A stretch of DNA of 63,892 nucleotides, counting the filler, from Pirum gemmata (lineage: Eukaryota), in assembly GCA_002812295.1 (NCBI GenBank). It is 18 parts of 18 records of this genome, joined end to end, with 100 filler letters (N's around TTAATTAATTAA, not from the genome) between each part and the next. Parts side by side here need not be neighbours in the genome. Positions count along the whole stretch, not along the records: positions 49,735 to 53,191 come from PDIN01002513.1; positions 53,292 to 56,716 come from PDIN01002514.1; positions 56,817 to 60,321 come from PDIN01002515.1; positions 60,422 to 63,892 come from PDIN01002516.1; 14 more parts are not named here. One strand, written 5' to 3'. Position 1 is the stretch's first letter. The number at the start of each line of letters is the position of its first letter. Position numbers and translations under genes: made by a program. The notes under the pieces are model-generated. The model ran no database searches and had not been told where the DNA came from. It saw only the letters and a program-made list of their open reading frames with translations. Below, in pieces: positions 51,691 to 63,892 of the stretch.

Positions 51691-52465
51691 CTAGGGTTTA
51701 AGGGCCACATTGATGAAGGCCTAGGTCATGTCTTTTTTTAATTTATTTTTATTTTTTAAAGTTGTCTAAAACTGAAAGTGTTAATTTGGTATTATTCTGC
51801 AAATATAAGTATTGATGACGTAATAATGCACTAATTAGTGTCTAGTTGCAATTAGTGCCCCTTTCAAAATTTGTAGCACATTATTTACTATCATATATGA
51901 TTGTTAAAATTTATCAAAAATAGTCCATATACTACTTAATATAGAAATAGCAGAGAAAAAAAGGGTTAGGGTTAGGGTTAGGATTAGGGTTAGGGTTACC
52001 CTGCCATGATTATTAAAAATTACCAAAAATAGTGCATATAATACTAAATATAGAAATAGTAGAGGCACGATTTTTTTTTGGTGTGTTGTCCCATCATTTT
52101 ACTTAATGATATTATATCGAAAAAAGAGAAATATATGTAATTTTTTAATTTTATGAATTTATACTTTTTATTTACAGCATTTTAGACTTTTATAAATTTG
52201 TGCTCTTTCTTTCATACACACACAAGCTTTACACTCTGCTTACATACCTTTCTGAAAACTAACTATTACATAATCCACAATGTTCTGGAGCATTCTAAAT
52301 CATTTACAAATACAAATTATTATTACATAATCAATCTGTAAGATATCAAACATAAAATAATACACTTAAACTTAATTCAATCATAGCTAAATAAATAAAC
52401 TCGACGTAAGATAATAATTTCGGGAATAAATGTATCAGATTATTATTACATAATCAATTTGTAAG

Positions 52466-53040
52466 ATGAGTATGAAGTAATCGAATACTACCCGAGTATG
52501 AAGCAAACGAATGAAGCAAACGAATGAAGCAAACGAATGCTGACCGAGTATGAAGTAATCGAATACTTACCGAATACTCAAGTAGCCATTATGACACCTT
52601 GCCGAAAACAATTGTTATTTCGGGGTATTTTCGTTCTTTTAAATGGTACTAATGACGCACTAAAGCAATCCCATTAAAACTCTCATCATTTTATCAATAA
52701 ACAAATTATGAGAGAAAAACCATCGAATCAAGACTAGTTCAAAATTTTCGAAAATTTTTTATTTAATTTTTCAAGTATTGTACTTTTGACAAACGCTATT
52801 AATGACGTAATGAAGCAATCGAATACTCGAGTAGCCATTATGGCACCTTCCCGAAAAAAAATGTTATTTTCGGGTACTTTCGTTCTTTTAAACGGCCCTA
52901 ATGACGTAATAAAGCAATCCCATTACGACTCTCATCATCATTTTATCAATAAACAAATTATGAGAGAAAAACCATCGAATCGAGACTAGTTCAAAATTTT
53001 AAATTTTTCGATTTAATTTTTCAAGTATTGTACTTTTGAT
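52466..53040. repeat. Short repeats (GAAGCAAACGAAT x3, GAGTATGAAGTAATCGAATACT x2) followed by a ~250 bp tandem duplication
   Basis: CGAATACTC(A/G)AGTAGCCATTATG...TTTCAAGTATTGTACTTTTGA starting near 52571 and 52820. Confidence 0.85.
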
Positions 53041-53291
53041 TTCATTCCACTTTCATAAAGAAAACTTGAAACTCGAAAAAAAATCATACCATTTCAAAAT
53101 TGTTACTAATTAATAATTAGGATAGAGCTGTTTGATTCGATTTTGTTTTTACGCATCTAAAATACTACAAGCCCGTTTTTTTTTTTTTTTTNNNNNNNNN
53201 NNNNNNNNNNNNNNNNNNNNNNNNNNNNNNNNNNNTTAATTAATTAANNNNNNNNNNNNNNNNNNNNNNNNNNNNNNNNNNNNNNNNNNNN

Positions 53292-53720
53292 TAACCCTAA
53301 CCCTAACCCTAACCCTAACCCCCCTACTTAGTACTAGTAGGGTGACACTACCCAGGCTACTACTAGCTAGACTATCGTGTTTTTCAATACCGGGGTAGTG
53401 TTGTCCAGTTCAAAAGCTGAAATAAACGTACCAAATTATTATTATGGTTAAACTACCAGACATGTTTTGATTAATTTGGTATTTTATACTTAATGTTTTA
53501 TTTTATAAAAAAGTTTAATTATACACTTTAACAGTAACGCTTGCCTACCCTAACCATAACCCTAACCCTAACCCTTAACCTCAACCTTAAAACTCTAAAT
53601 CTATTTAAACCATAAACCTAGCCCTAGCTATGTAATATATCTAACCCTAACAGCTCCCTAACCCTAACCCTAAACCCTAAACCCTAACCCCTAAACCCTA
53701 TAGCCCTAAACCCTAGACGT
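53292..53720 (-). repeat. (CCCTAA)n at the left contig end plus a degenerate tract, interrupted by a family C element
   Basis: Polarity is compatible with a real telomere, but the tract is short and may only be an assembly break. Confidence 0.7.
53372..53536 (+). mobile_element. MITE-like family C partial copy
   Basis: CTATCGTGTTTTTCAATA...GTGTTGTCCAGTTCAAAAGCTGAAATAAACGTACCAAATTATTATTATGG; related to 44142-44262, 54820, 56385 and 62800. Confidence 0.8.
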
Positions 53721-54147
53721 TATTAACCCCAAACCTCCCCAGCACTCCCCAGCCCTAATACTCCCTAATCCTATCGATTAATCGTTTTTTGATAACATAC
53801 TATAATAATTATCATACCCTTATAAACCTTGGAGCGTAATTGTTCCTACTACTAGCTAGTGTTGTTAATCCTGCTAGGCGTAATATTAAAAATAACACTA
53901 GTACTGTAATATCATATGCATAGGCTTCATTTGTTTATTTCAAACAAATTACAATTTGACCACTACAAAAAATGATTTTTGCTACCGGTATATATATGAT
54001 TTTTTATTGATTATGATAAAACATATGGATACATCATACATGCTAGTTACAATTTACAAGCAGATAATTTCGTAAATTAATCTATGATACTACTTTTTTC
54101 GGAAACACGTCTTCAAATAATATTCTTCAAAAAATTTAGCTAGTCCA

Positions 54148-54215
<68 letters not shown>

Positions 54216-54624
54216 TTTTTTTTTTTTTTTTTTTTTTTGGCCAGTAGACTAGCAGGTTTTTAGAAAAGAAGTCTAAAAAAAATGATTTCTGTAGCTTTAT
54301 GAAATTATGATAATATGATGGCCTTTATCCGGCAGTGGTGTTAAAAAAACCAAAAAAGGAAAAAAAAATGAAAAAAAAAAAAAAAAAACTATGACTAGAA
54401 AAAAAAACCCCCCAATCTGTCTAAAAATGGAAATTTCAAATCTCTCTAAGACTCCATCTAAATATTATTCGTCAGCAGATGATTTTTTTTGGTAAATTTT
54501 CTTATTTTTTTGGTATGACACTTTAGAAGCTGTAGGTAGAGTCGGTCGTGTAGACGGGACCCCGGACAGCCGGCTCTTGAGGGCTGCTCTACGATAGTAA
54601 ACTGGGGTCTCGTCACGGGACTTA

Positions 54625-54783
54625 GGGAAAGTTCAAATAAAACGTCACGCCAAAGAGTAGGTAGGTAGGTAGGTGGTATTTGACCAGAAATTAACGTCGA
54701 GGGGTTGGTAGGTAGAGGGTATTAACTTCGAGGGGTTGGTAGGTAGAGGGTATTTGAAGCTGTATTTGACTGGAAATTGGCGT
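54625..54783 (+). mobile_element. MITE-like family A copy preceded by TTA
   Basis: tta|GGGAAAGTTCAAATAAAACGTCACG...TTTGACTGGAAATTGGCGT. Confidence 0.8.
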
Positions 54784-54819
54784 AGGTCTATGGACTATAG
54801 ATATCAGATATTAGTTAGA

Positions 54820-55024
54820 TATCGTCTATTTCATCACAGTTGTACTCCCAATCTTTAATTTGGTACTGTTTTTAAAAGTATATAATAGAACTTGTTTATA
54901 AAAAAAATATCAGATATAAAATGTCAAATTATTTAAAACGATGCCCGATAGTTTGACCATAATAATAATTTGGTACGTTTATTTCAATTTTTGAACAGGA
55001 CAACACTATTGGAAAACACGATAA
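54820..55024 (-). mobile_element. MITE-like family C full-length, followed by the start of a second tandem copy
   Basis: TATCGTCTATTTCA ... GGAAAACACGATA, then ATCGTCTATTTCATTACAGTTG again. Confidence 0.8.
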
Positions 55025-55419
55025 TCGTCTATTTCATTACAGTTGTCCTTTCAATGTTTAATTTGGGTTAGGTTAACATTAGGGTAATTAGGGTTAGGTT
55101 TATTAGGGTTAGGCTAAGGACTGATAAAGGGTCAGGAGTGGTTAGGATTAGTTGGGGTTGGATTAAGCTAACATACAAGGCTAACATAATATATATAGCA
55201 TTGTATCACTGTATCATATAAAAAGTATATATATTATATAATTCATATGATTAGCTATAGTAGTTTTAAAAAATAGTATAATAATATTTTTTTTTACTAT
55301 ATTGATGTTAAAGTTTTTTATATGTGTTGTAAAACAAAATTGGATATAAATAAATTATAGGGAATTCGTGATAGTATCGATTTCAAATATTACTTGACGC
55401 AAAGGTGATTGATACGCTG

Positions 55420-55517
55420 ACCCTAACCCCTAACTAACCCTAACCCTAACCCTAACCCTAACCATAACCCTAACCCTAACCCTAACCCTAACCCTAACCC
55501 TAACCCTAACCCTAACC
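55420..55517 (-). repeat. Interstitial (CCCTAA)n between two ~85 bp direct repeats
   Basis: Flanking copies at ~55325-55414 and ~55534-55619. Confidence 0.88.
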
Positions 55518-55768
55518 TGCAATTAATAGCTTATGATGTATAACAAAATTGGTTATAAATAAATTATACGATAGTGAATTCGTGATAATATCGATTTCAA
55601 ATAAGCAAAGGTGATTGATTATTCCCGATTATTGATCTACAGTAGTATCACGCGATATAGACCAAAATAACTATGATCAGATAGAGCCTCTAGCTAGACA
55701 CCGTCTTAGTCTGTCTACTAGTCTAGCTAGCCACTACTGGTATAGACTATCAAAATGACTACCAGTAC

Positions 55769-56188
55769 AGCTTTTCGGTCGTTTTGTCATATTATCATAA
55801 AGTATAAAATAAGGAGTACCAAATTAATACAATATAAATCCATTTAATTTAATTTTCTATATTTCATTATCTATTTATTTATTTAAAAATATCAACTTAA
55901 AGGTTTTAACCAACCAAATAAATCTTCGGAGTGACAAAATAAATGAAAAGCGCTAGATGAAAAGCACAGACTAATATTATATTTTTAGTAGCTAGGCCTC
56001 CCGGTGCTTTTCATTTATTTTGTCGTTCCGAATATTTATTTGGTTGATTATAATATTTACATTGACATTTATAAATAAATAAATAGATAATAAAATATAC
56101 CGAATTAAACGAAATGGATTTATATTTTAGTAATTTGGTACGCTTTATTGTATATTTTATGATGACAAAACAACTGAAAAGCACAATA
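55769..56188. mobile_element. Tail-to-tail pair of family B elements (55769-55951 +, 56004-56188 -)
   Basis: Both carry the family B core and TIRs, in opposite orientations. Confidence 0.85.
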
Positions 56189-56384
56189 GACTAGACTACT
56201 GGTAGTATCAGAGAATAGTCTAGACTAGACTACTAGGCTAGCTAGTTCTAGAGTACAACTCAGTAGTCTACCCTGACCCAGTACTCACTACTACCCGCAG
56301 TACCCGGGTCTAGTTTTCCTTTTTCAAGAGAGAAAAAGAGGTTACCTAACTCCTTATTAAATAAACTTACCTATCAAATCTATA

Positions 56385-56621
56385 ATCATGTTTTTCAATA
56401 GTGTTGTTCAGTTTAAAAACTGAAATAAACTTAATTATTAATATCAAATTATTATTATGGTTAAACTATCAGACATGTTTTAATTAATTTGGTATTTTGT
56501 TCTTAATTTTGTAGTTTATAAACAAGTTCAATTATACACTTAAACAGTACCAAATTAAATATTGAGAGGACAGTTAGAGGACTGTAGTTATAATTAATAA
56601 CTGTAACGAAATAGACGATAG
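56385..56621 (+). mobile_element. MITE-like family C copy
   Basis: ATCATGTTTTTCAATAGTGTTGTTCAG ... GAAATAGACGATAG. Confidence 0.75.
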
Positions 56622-56685
56622 TTGTAGTTTGTTTGTTGACTTGTTTCATATAATAATTTTGTGTAAGTTTTAAAATAAAATAATG

Positions 56686-56716
<31 letters not shown>

Positions 56717-56816
56717 NNNNNNNNNNNNNNNNNNNNNNNNNNNNNNNNNNNNNNNNNNNNTTAATTAATTAANNNNNNNNNNNNNNNNNNNNNNNNNNNN
56801 NNNNNNNNNNNNNNNN

Positions 56817-58810
56817 AATGAATAACAAATAAAAATATATGAATAAGTATATAACTACATAAATACATAAATACATAAATACATAGATATGTAAATAAAT
56901 AAAAAAAAATATAAATAAATATATAAATACATAAACACATAATTATATAAATAAATAACTAAAAATATCAATAAAATAAAGAAATATGTGTTATATAAGT
57001 ATATAGAGATACACAAATACATAAATATATAACTGAATAAATAAATACATAAATACATAAACACATAATTATATAAAAAATAAGAAATAATAAATAATAA
57101 ATAATAAATAATGAATAATAAATAATAAATAATGAATAAATAAAGAAATATATGTTATATAAGTATATAGTAATAAGTACACAAATATATGTTATATATA
57201 ACTGAATTAATAAATAAAATAAAAATATATGAATAAGTATATAAATACATAAATACATAAATACATAAATACCTAAATATATAAATAAATAAATAAAAAT
57301 AAAAATAGATAAAGAAATATATGTAAGTATATAGATACATACTAATAAGTACACAAATACATAAATATATGACAGAATAAATCATTAATTAATAAATGAA
57401 TGAATAAATAAATAAATAAAAATATATGAATAAGTATATAACTACATAAATACATAAATACATAAATAAAAAATATAAATAAATAAAGAAATATGTAAGT
57501 ATATAGATTAATGCTAATAAGTACACAAATATATAAGTAAATAAATAAAAATATAAATAAATAAATACATACTAATAAGTACACAAATGCATACTAATAA
57601 GTACAAAAATACATAAATATATAACTGAATAAATTATTAATTAAATGAATGAATGAATGAATAACTAAATAAAAATATATGAATGAGTACTACATAGATA
57701 CATAAATATATAAATAAATAAATACCTAAATATATAAATAACTAATAAAAATATGAATAAATAAATAAATACATACTAATAAGTACACAAATAAATACAT
57801 ACTAATAAGTACACAAATGCATACTAATAAGTACAAAAATACAGGAATATATAAACTGAATAAGTTATTAATTAATTGAATGAATGAATGAATAACCAAA
57901 TAAAAATATATGAATAAGTACTACATAGATACATAAATATATAAATAAATAAATACCTAAATATATAAATAAATAATAAAAATATAAATAAATAAATAAA
58001 TACATACTAATAAGTACACAAATATATAAATAAATAAAAAAATATAAATAACTAAATAAATACATACTAATAAGTAACGGAATAAATCATTAATTAATAA
58101 ATGAATAAAAATGAATAACAAATAAAAATATATGAATAAGTATATAACTACATAAATACACAAATACATAAATACATAGATATGTAAATAAATAAAAAAA
58201 AATATAAATAAATAAATAAATACATACTAATAAGTACACAAATATATAAATAAATAAAAAAAAATATAAATATATAAATAAATACATACTAAATAAGTAC
58301 ACAAATACATAAATATATAACGGAATAAATCATTAATTAATAAATGAATAAAAATGAATGAACAAATAAAAATATATGAATAAGTATATAACTACATAAA
58401 TACATAAATACATAAATACATAGATATATAAACATATAAATAAAAAATATAACTAAATAAAGAAATAGAAATATATAAGTATATAGATTCATACTAATAA
58501 GTACACAAATATTTAAATATATAACTGACTAAGTAAAAAAAATAAATGAAAATAGAATAGAAATGGTTACTAAACAATAAATCAAAATAAATGAATAAAT
58601 CAATAAATCAATAAATCAATAAACCAATAATTCGATAAATAATAACTAAATAAATAAATGAATAAATAAATAAACAAATAAATACATAAATATATGAATA
58701 CATACGAACATACGTTAAATACATAAATACATAAATATATAAATAAATAGGAAATATAAATAAATAAACAAATTCCTAAGTGTATAAATACATAATTATA
58801 AGTACACAAT
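56817..58810. repeat. AT-rich compound minisatellite (TACATAAA, TACATACTAATAAGTACACAAAT, ATATATGAATAAGTATATAAC)
   Basis: These modules recur throughout ~2 kb; the ORFs here are low-complexity artefacts. Confidence 0.9.
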
Positions 58811-59699
58811 ATATATATATGGAACCAGATGTGGGTCTTTCGGCCCTTGACCTATATATAGAATATACCAGAAAGTTCCAATTCTGGATTTTGTGACGTC
58901 ATCAATTTACCAGATATTTTTATTACGTATTATTTTTTTTTTGTAATTTCCCACATTTTTCCTATTACGTCACTATGACGTCATAATTCATCTACAAATT
59001 TACCACAATTTCCCATAATTTTACTCTTACTATATTAGGTAAATAAAATTTCCTTTCTGGTCTGGCCAATCAGAATCCTCAATTCCCACATTTTATTTTT
59101 GCGCTTTTTTCCTCATTTTTTTTTCTTCGCTATTTCCCACTTTTTCCCACTTTTTTCCGCTAATTTCCTACATTTCTAAAATTTCCTTTTTTGGTCTAAC
59201 ATTTTCCTTTTTGGGAGAGCCAATCAAATTCATTCTTTCCCACATTATTTTATGCTAAACCAAAAAAAAAATTCGCCGCAAAATATTTCCACAATTTTTC
59301 GCCGCAAAATATTTCCACATTTTTTTTTCGCTTCCTAAAATTCGCCCGAATATTTTTGGGTAGTTTTTTTTTCGCTTTAAAATACCCCGCCATCTTTATC
59401 AGTTAATGGACGAAAAATATGTACGACTTCTCTTGTTGTCGAAACCGTCTCCGTTGTTGTCGAAACCGTCTATTCAAATACGGTAATATATCTCTCAACA
59501 TTTGGTAGATTGAATATTATGCAACTCATTTATTAATAAAAATAAAAANCTTAACATAACCGCTACCAATGATTATAATTATCATATCGATTAATTATAA
59601 AACATCAAACATGTTTTCGCATAGTCCACATGTCTCTAAAGAGTCCTAGCAAGACCATCAAACTATATCGAGTAAACTATATCGAGTAAACTTATAAAT

Positions 59700-60110
59700 C
59701 TAATCACTAAAATTAATATCCGAATCTTCATTGTCAACATCCATATAATAAGAAATGATACTATTATAATCAATTTCATCTCGCTCTTTATCACGATGAT
59801 ATTTTTCAGATTTCAAACGAGTTTTCATTAATAATAAATCATGGTTTTTAGTTTTTAGATTATTAATTTCATTGTCGTTCGATTCTATTTTGGTAGCCGA
59901 TTTCTTTATTTTGTTTTTTATTTTTTTGATGTTTTGAGAATCGTTCCTGTGAATAGTAAACTCTTTTACTCCACCATTTTGAAGCTTTTTATTACAGTTG
60001 TTTATTATTAGTTTATTAGTTTTATTGTTATTTTCTAAATTCATAATTCTTCGATTATTTAAATTTAGTTGCAATTTGTATTGCATTATTTTTTGATTAT
60101 ATGTTGGCAT
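59700..60110 (-). CDS. Hypothetical K/N-rich coiled-coil protein, 136 aa, intronless
   Basis: ATG preceded by an A-rich leader; acidic C-terminus; no recognisable domain. Confidence 0.5.
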   Translation of the reverse strand: MPTYNQKIMQYKLQLNLNNRRIMNLENNNKTNKLIINNCNKKLQNGGVKEFTIHRNDSQNIKKIKNKIKKSATKIESNDNEINNLKTKNHDLLLMKTRLKSEKYHRDKERDEIDYNSIISYYMDVDNEDSDINFSD

Positions 60111-60197
60111 ATTTTTTTTAACTTTTTTATTTTTTTTTTTTCAATTTTCAATTTTTAACTTTTTAAATCTTTAAATAATATTTTTAAAAATTAAATT

Positions 60198-60321
60198 ATA
60201 CCACTTCGAACTCCCGGATACCACTTCGAACTCCCGGATACCACTTTGAACTCCCGGATACCACTTTGAACTCCCGGATACCACTTTGAACTCCCGGATA
60301 CCACTTCGAACTCCCGGATAC
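60198..60321. repeat. 20 bp tandem repeat CCACTT(C/T)GAACTCCCGGATA, at least 6 units, running into the contig end
   Basis: Direct reading; no spacers between units. Confidence 0.97.
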
Positions 60322-60503
60322 NNNNNNNNNNNNNNNNNNNNNNNNNNNNNNNNNNNNNNNNNNNNTTAATTAATTAANNNNNNNNNNNNNNNNNNNNNNN
60401 NNNNNNNNNNNNNNNNNNNNNTATTATTATTATTATTATTATTATTATCACTACTACGAATACTAAAACAACTAAAAATTACTATACTATACCAATTACA
60501 TAC

Positions 60504-60874
60504 CCAGTTCCAAGGACAATAACTTTCGGTCTTTTTTTTCTTTCCTCTTCAGATATACCAGGACGGATTCGATCAAGTTGGGTGTCAATGTCGTCATTCA
60601 GTATTATATCACTTATGTACGCTACAAACCATAATCCAAAAAACATTTTAGTCTTAAAAAAGCGACTTTTAGGTTTTTCTGAAGTGGTAGCAGCAGTAGT
60701 GGCACTATTAAATCTTTTAATCACATTACTATTAAAGTTTGCAGATTGTGCCAGTTTTTTTGTCATTGCGTAAGTTGAAAACTGATTTCTTCGTGTATGG
60801 GTTAATGAAGGGTTAGAAACTTTTAAAAGAGATAACGCTCTTTGTGTGTGTTGGTAACCATGTTTAAAAAACAT
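60504..60874 (-). CDS. First exon of a probable mitochondrial type II (alternative) NAD(P)H dehydrogenase
   Basis: R/S/T-rich presequence-like N-terminus, a hydrophobic segment, then KKRPKVIVLGTG followed by a GTATGT donor, the typical start of the NDH-2 FAD-binding fold. Confidence 0.65.
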
Positions 60875-61090
60875 GTTGTTGTAGTTGTTATTTGTTTGTG
60901 GTGGTTGTGGTTGTGGTTTCGTTGTTGTGGTTTCGTTGTTGTGGTTGTGGCTGTGTTGTTGTGGTTGTTGTGGTTGTTGTGGTTGTTGTGGTTGTTGTGG
61001 TTGTTGTGGGAAAATATTTATGTCATATTTATAATGAAACTTATTTCAGTTCTTATTTCTCTTATTTTTTATCCCTTTTTTTCTTTTCCA

Positions 61091-61154
<64 letters not shown>

Positions 61155-61220
61155 AAAACCCATCAGGCAAAAAATAATGCCCTTTATTATTTAAGTCTTT
61201 TATTCTTTTTTTTTTAAACA

Positions 61221-61851
61221 ACCAAGCTGGATAAAACTGTAGAAATTATTTTTTTTAGACTTCTTTTCTGAAACCTTTAATATTAACTAGCCAAATAATT
61301 TTTAAAAACTCGCTATTGGTTCAAAATAGAGTTTTTTACTTATAAAATTTCTACCTAGTTGGTAGTATTTAAACAAAAATTGCAGCATTTTGAAATATTT
61401 GAATTTTTAGCTCAGACCTATTTTGTCTCTAGTTAAAAAAAAAAGTTTAAGGCACAGTCTCAGGGTCTCAGAGCGTGACTTTTTCTTTCTTCCACTTGCC
61501 TTTTCACCAATAAAAGAATAATATTTAAAAAAAGCTTTTTTTATCTTATTATTTTATTTGTAACTTTTTTAGAAATAAAAAATTTTAAAATTTTAAAAAA
61601 AAAATTACGTCATAGAAATAAAATTTTTTTAAAACTACCAAGCGGGATAAAAAGGGAGATATTCCGGCATCCCGAAAAATTCAAAACCATCCAATTTAAA
61701 AATAAGTACTACCAAAATTTGAGAAAATTTATAATTAAAAAACTCTATAATGAACCAATGGCCAATTTTTAAAAATAATTTGGCTAGTTAATATTAAAAA
61801 TTTTAAGAAAAGAAGTTTTTTTTTATTTTTTTTTTTTAACCCGCCTTGCCA
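61221..61851. mobile_element. Inverted pair of family E elements (61221-~61430 +, 61638-61851 -)
   Basis: TAACTAGCCAAATAATTTTAAAAA...ATTGGTTCAAAATAGAGTTTTT versus AAAACTCTATAATGAACCAATGG...TTTAAAAATAATTTGGCTAGTTA. Confidence 0.8.
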
Positions 61852-62145
61852 ATAAAAAAAAAAAAAAAAGGTTACTGACGTCACTTTTATCTTCTCTCTC
61901 CCCTTGCAACCTCACCTCCTTTCTAACCCTAACTCTAACCCTAACCCTAACCTTAACCCTAACCCTAACCCTAGCTACCTAACCCTAACCCTATTTTTTT
62001 CTACATACCACAAAAAAATGACGTCATTAATTATTTAAATCTTAAAAATTGACAAAATGTTAATGCTCATTTGTCTGTTAAAATTTAAATTTTTATATTT
62101 TTAGTTTTAACTAATAAAAAGGTCTTGGTTAGATGTGTTTTACTG

Positions 62146-62328
62146 GTAGGGGTGAGATGACGTCATTTTATTATTACCGAACAGCTGCTGGAACTTTTCC
62201 GATTTTATGGTTTTTACTATTTTAAACTATTTAACTGCTATTATTAGTAAGAAACACGGAACTGAGGTTGGCTCGATAAGCATCTGTTCGAAAAAAGTTC
62301 CAGTAGATAGTATCTCACCCCCCTACTG
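62146..62328 (+). mobile_element. MITE-like family D copy with an internal deletion
   Basis: GTAGGGGTGAGATGACGTC ... ATCTCACCCCCCTACTG. Confidence 0.82.
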
Positions 62329-62429
62329 TTTTACTGTATAAAAAAAATAAAATGTTTCAAGATTTTCAAAAAGAGAACAGAAAAATTTATATGTTTATAA
62401 ATAGACTATGACGTCAAAAACATCAAAAC

Positions 62430-62641
62430 TAACCCTAACCCTAACCCTAACCCTAACCCTAACCCTAACCCTAACCCTAACCCTAACCCTAACCCTAACG
62501 CCGATGGATTAGGAATTTACGCGAATTTACGATGAATCGCTAACCCTAACCCTNTAACCCTAAACCCTAACCCTAACCCTAACCCTAACCCTAACCCTAA
62601 CCCTAACCCTAACCCTAACCCTAACCCTAACCCTAACCCTC
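62430..62641 (-). repeat. Interstitial (CCCTAA)n with a ~40 bp unique insert at 62500-62539
   Basis: Direct reading of the sequence. Confidence 0.92.
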
Positions 62642-63483
62642 AGGTCATCAATTGATGACCTTTTATCTCAAATCCAACTTGGTCGTATTAACACTTTTAA
62701 TTACGCATTTGAGACGAACGTCATCAATTGATGACATAACACTCTGACGAATAGACACTAGCTAGTATAGACCTACTAGCTAGCTAGACTACTGGATCTT
62801 TTATTTGGTACTGTTTAAGTGTATAATTGAACTTATTTATAAAATACAACATTATGTATATTTCAGTTTTTGAACTTTACAACACGATAATAATAATAAT
62901 TATTATTATTATTATTATTATTATTTTTATTTATAAAAAAGGAATTGTTCAAGAAAAATTATGAAATTTTTGTTACAGTTAGGAATACAAATTGGAATAC
63001 CTCTTTTTTTATTATTCTTATTATGATATATACTAATTACGATTAATAATTAATTATTAATTAATGATAATAAGATTACACTAACCAGAGCTCTACTATT
63101 AAAAAATTTATTATGTTTATATTATTGTTATTGTCAGAGTAATAAGCTTGAAATTTAAAAAAAGGAAAAATCAATAATGTTGCAGAATTTTACGAAGAAG
63201 TAAATGTTATTTTTATTGTTATTATTATTGTTATTATTATTATTATCATTATTGATATTACTATTAACATTATTATTACCGTTATTATTATTATTATTAC
63301 TATTATTATTATTATTATTATTATTATTGTTGTTGTTATTATTATTATTATATTTATCAAAAACATCGTTATGTCAAACATATTTTCTATCTTTATTTTT
63401 TATAATAGAAAACCAATAGGTAATACAATACTCTTACTAAATTTGCATTTACTCATAATGCGATCAGGATTTTTGACCTTAAA

Positions 63484-63528
<45 letters not shown>

Positions 63529-63832
63529 TAATATAAAATTAAGATAGTACTAATACCTCTGGCTATATCATTGAAATGAATATTTTTTGTTTGTTCTTTG
63601 ATACAAGTAAAATATTTTTGTATTCCTTCTACTAATATTTTATATAAATGTCGATGTTTAATTAAAATATAAATGTCAATCTAGACTAGCTACTAGAGCC
63701 AGTCTAATATAAAAAAAAGTCTCAAAAATTATAACCAGTTATGACGTAATTACACACAAAATGTGTAAAATAATTATAAAAAAAAACGACCAGTTATATA
63801 CTCCAGTTTAATATAGACCCATTTGCTTGTAA

Positions 63833-63892
63833 GGGAGCGTTCAATAATTACGTAACGCCGATTTGGGACAAAAACCTACCCTACTACCCCCC
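63833..63892 (+). mobile_element. Start of a family A-related element preceded by TAA
   Basis: taa|GGGAGCGTTCAATAATTACGTAACGCC; same TIR as family A but a different interior. Confidence 0.7.

Noticed and set aside
60198..60321. 20 bp repeats as a CRISPR array
   Set aside because: No spacers, no cas genes, eukaryotic context.

Overview
This is AT-rich eukaryotic nuclear DNA, most likely from a protist with aerobic mitochondria, GT-AG introns, TTAGGG repeats and many N/Q/T microsatellites; the taxon cannot be fixed from sequence alone. The window is not contiguous: it is about 18 unrelated ~3.4-3.5 kb contigs joined by an artificial N-run/TTAATTAATTAA/N-run linker, so neighbourhood only has meaning inside one contig. 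Recognisable genes: the C-terminal half of an ABCB1/MDR-type transporter; an intronless Agd3-like (CE18) polysaccharide deacetylase with signal peptide and GPI-like tail; a signal-peptide RING-H2 protein; a spliced calpain (CysPc + domain III) fused to a LIM domain; an NBR1-like ZZ/FW protein; a mitochondrial phosphate carrier; a type II NADH dehydrogenase first exon; an ankyrin-repeat gene; a 12-Cys secreted protein; a mucin-like protein; a polyQ/40-aa-repeat protein; a single-pass membrane gene with an in-frame TAA; and a frameshifted MDR oxidoreductase pseudogene. Intergenic DNA holds at least five MITE-like families (labelled A-E here), often as close inverted pairs and next to CTAG/AGCT-rich quasi-palindromic patches. 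Main leads: (1) two unrelated genes whose own 3' ends, stop codon included, are amplified downstream as ~200-240 bp decaying tandem arrays; (2) sense-strand telomere-type hexamer tracts just after the 5' splice site in three genes; (3) a GGG-ended MITE with a TTA target duplication that continues a TTAGGG array; (4) an effector-like secreted RING protein; (5) the Agd3 homologue; (6) the calpain-LIM fusion.
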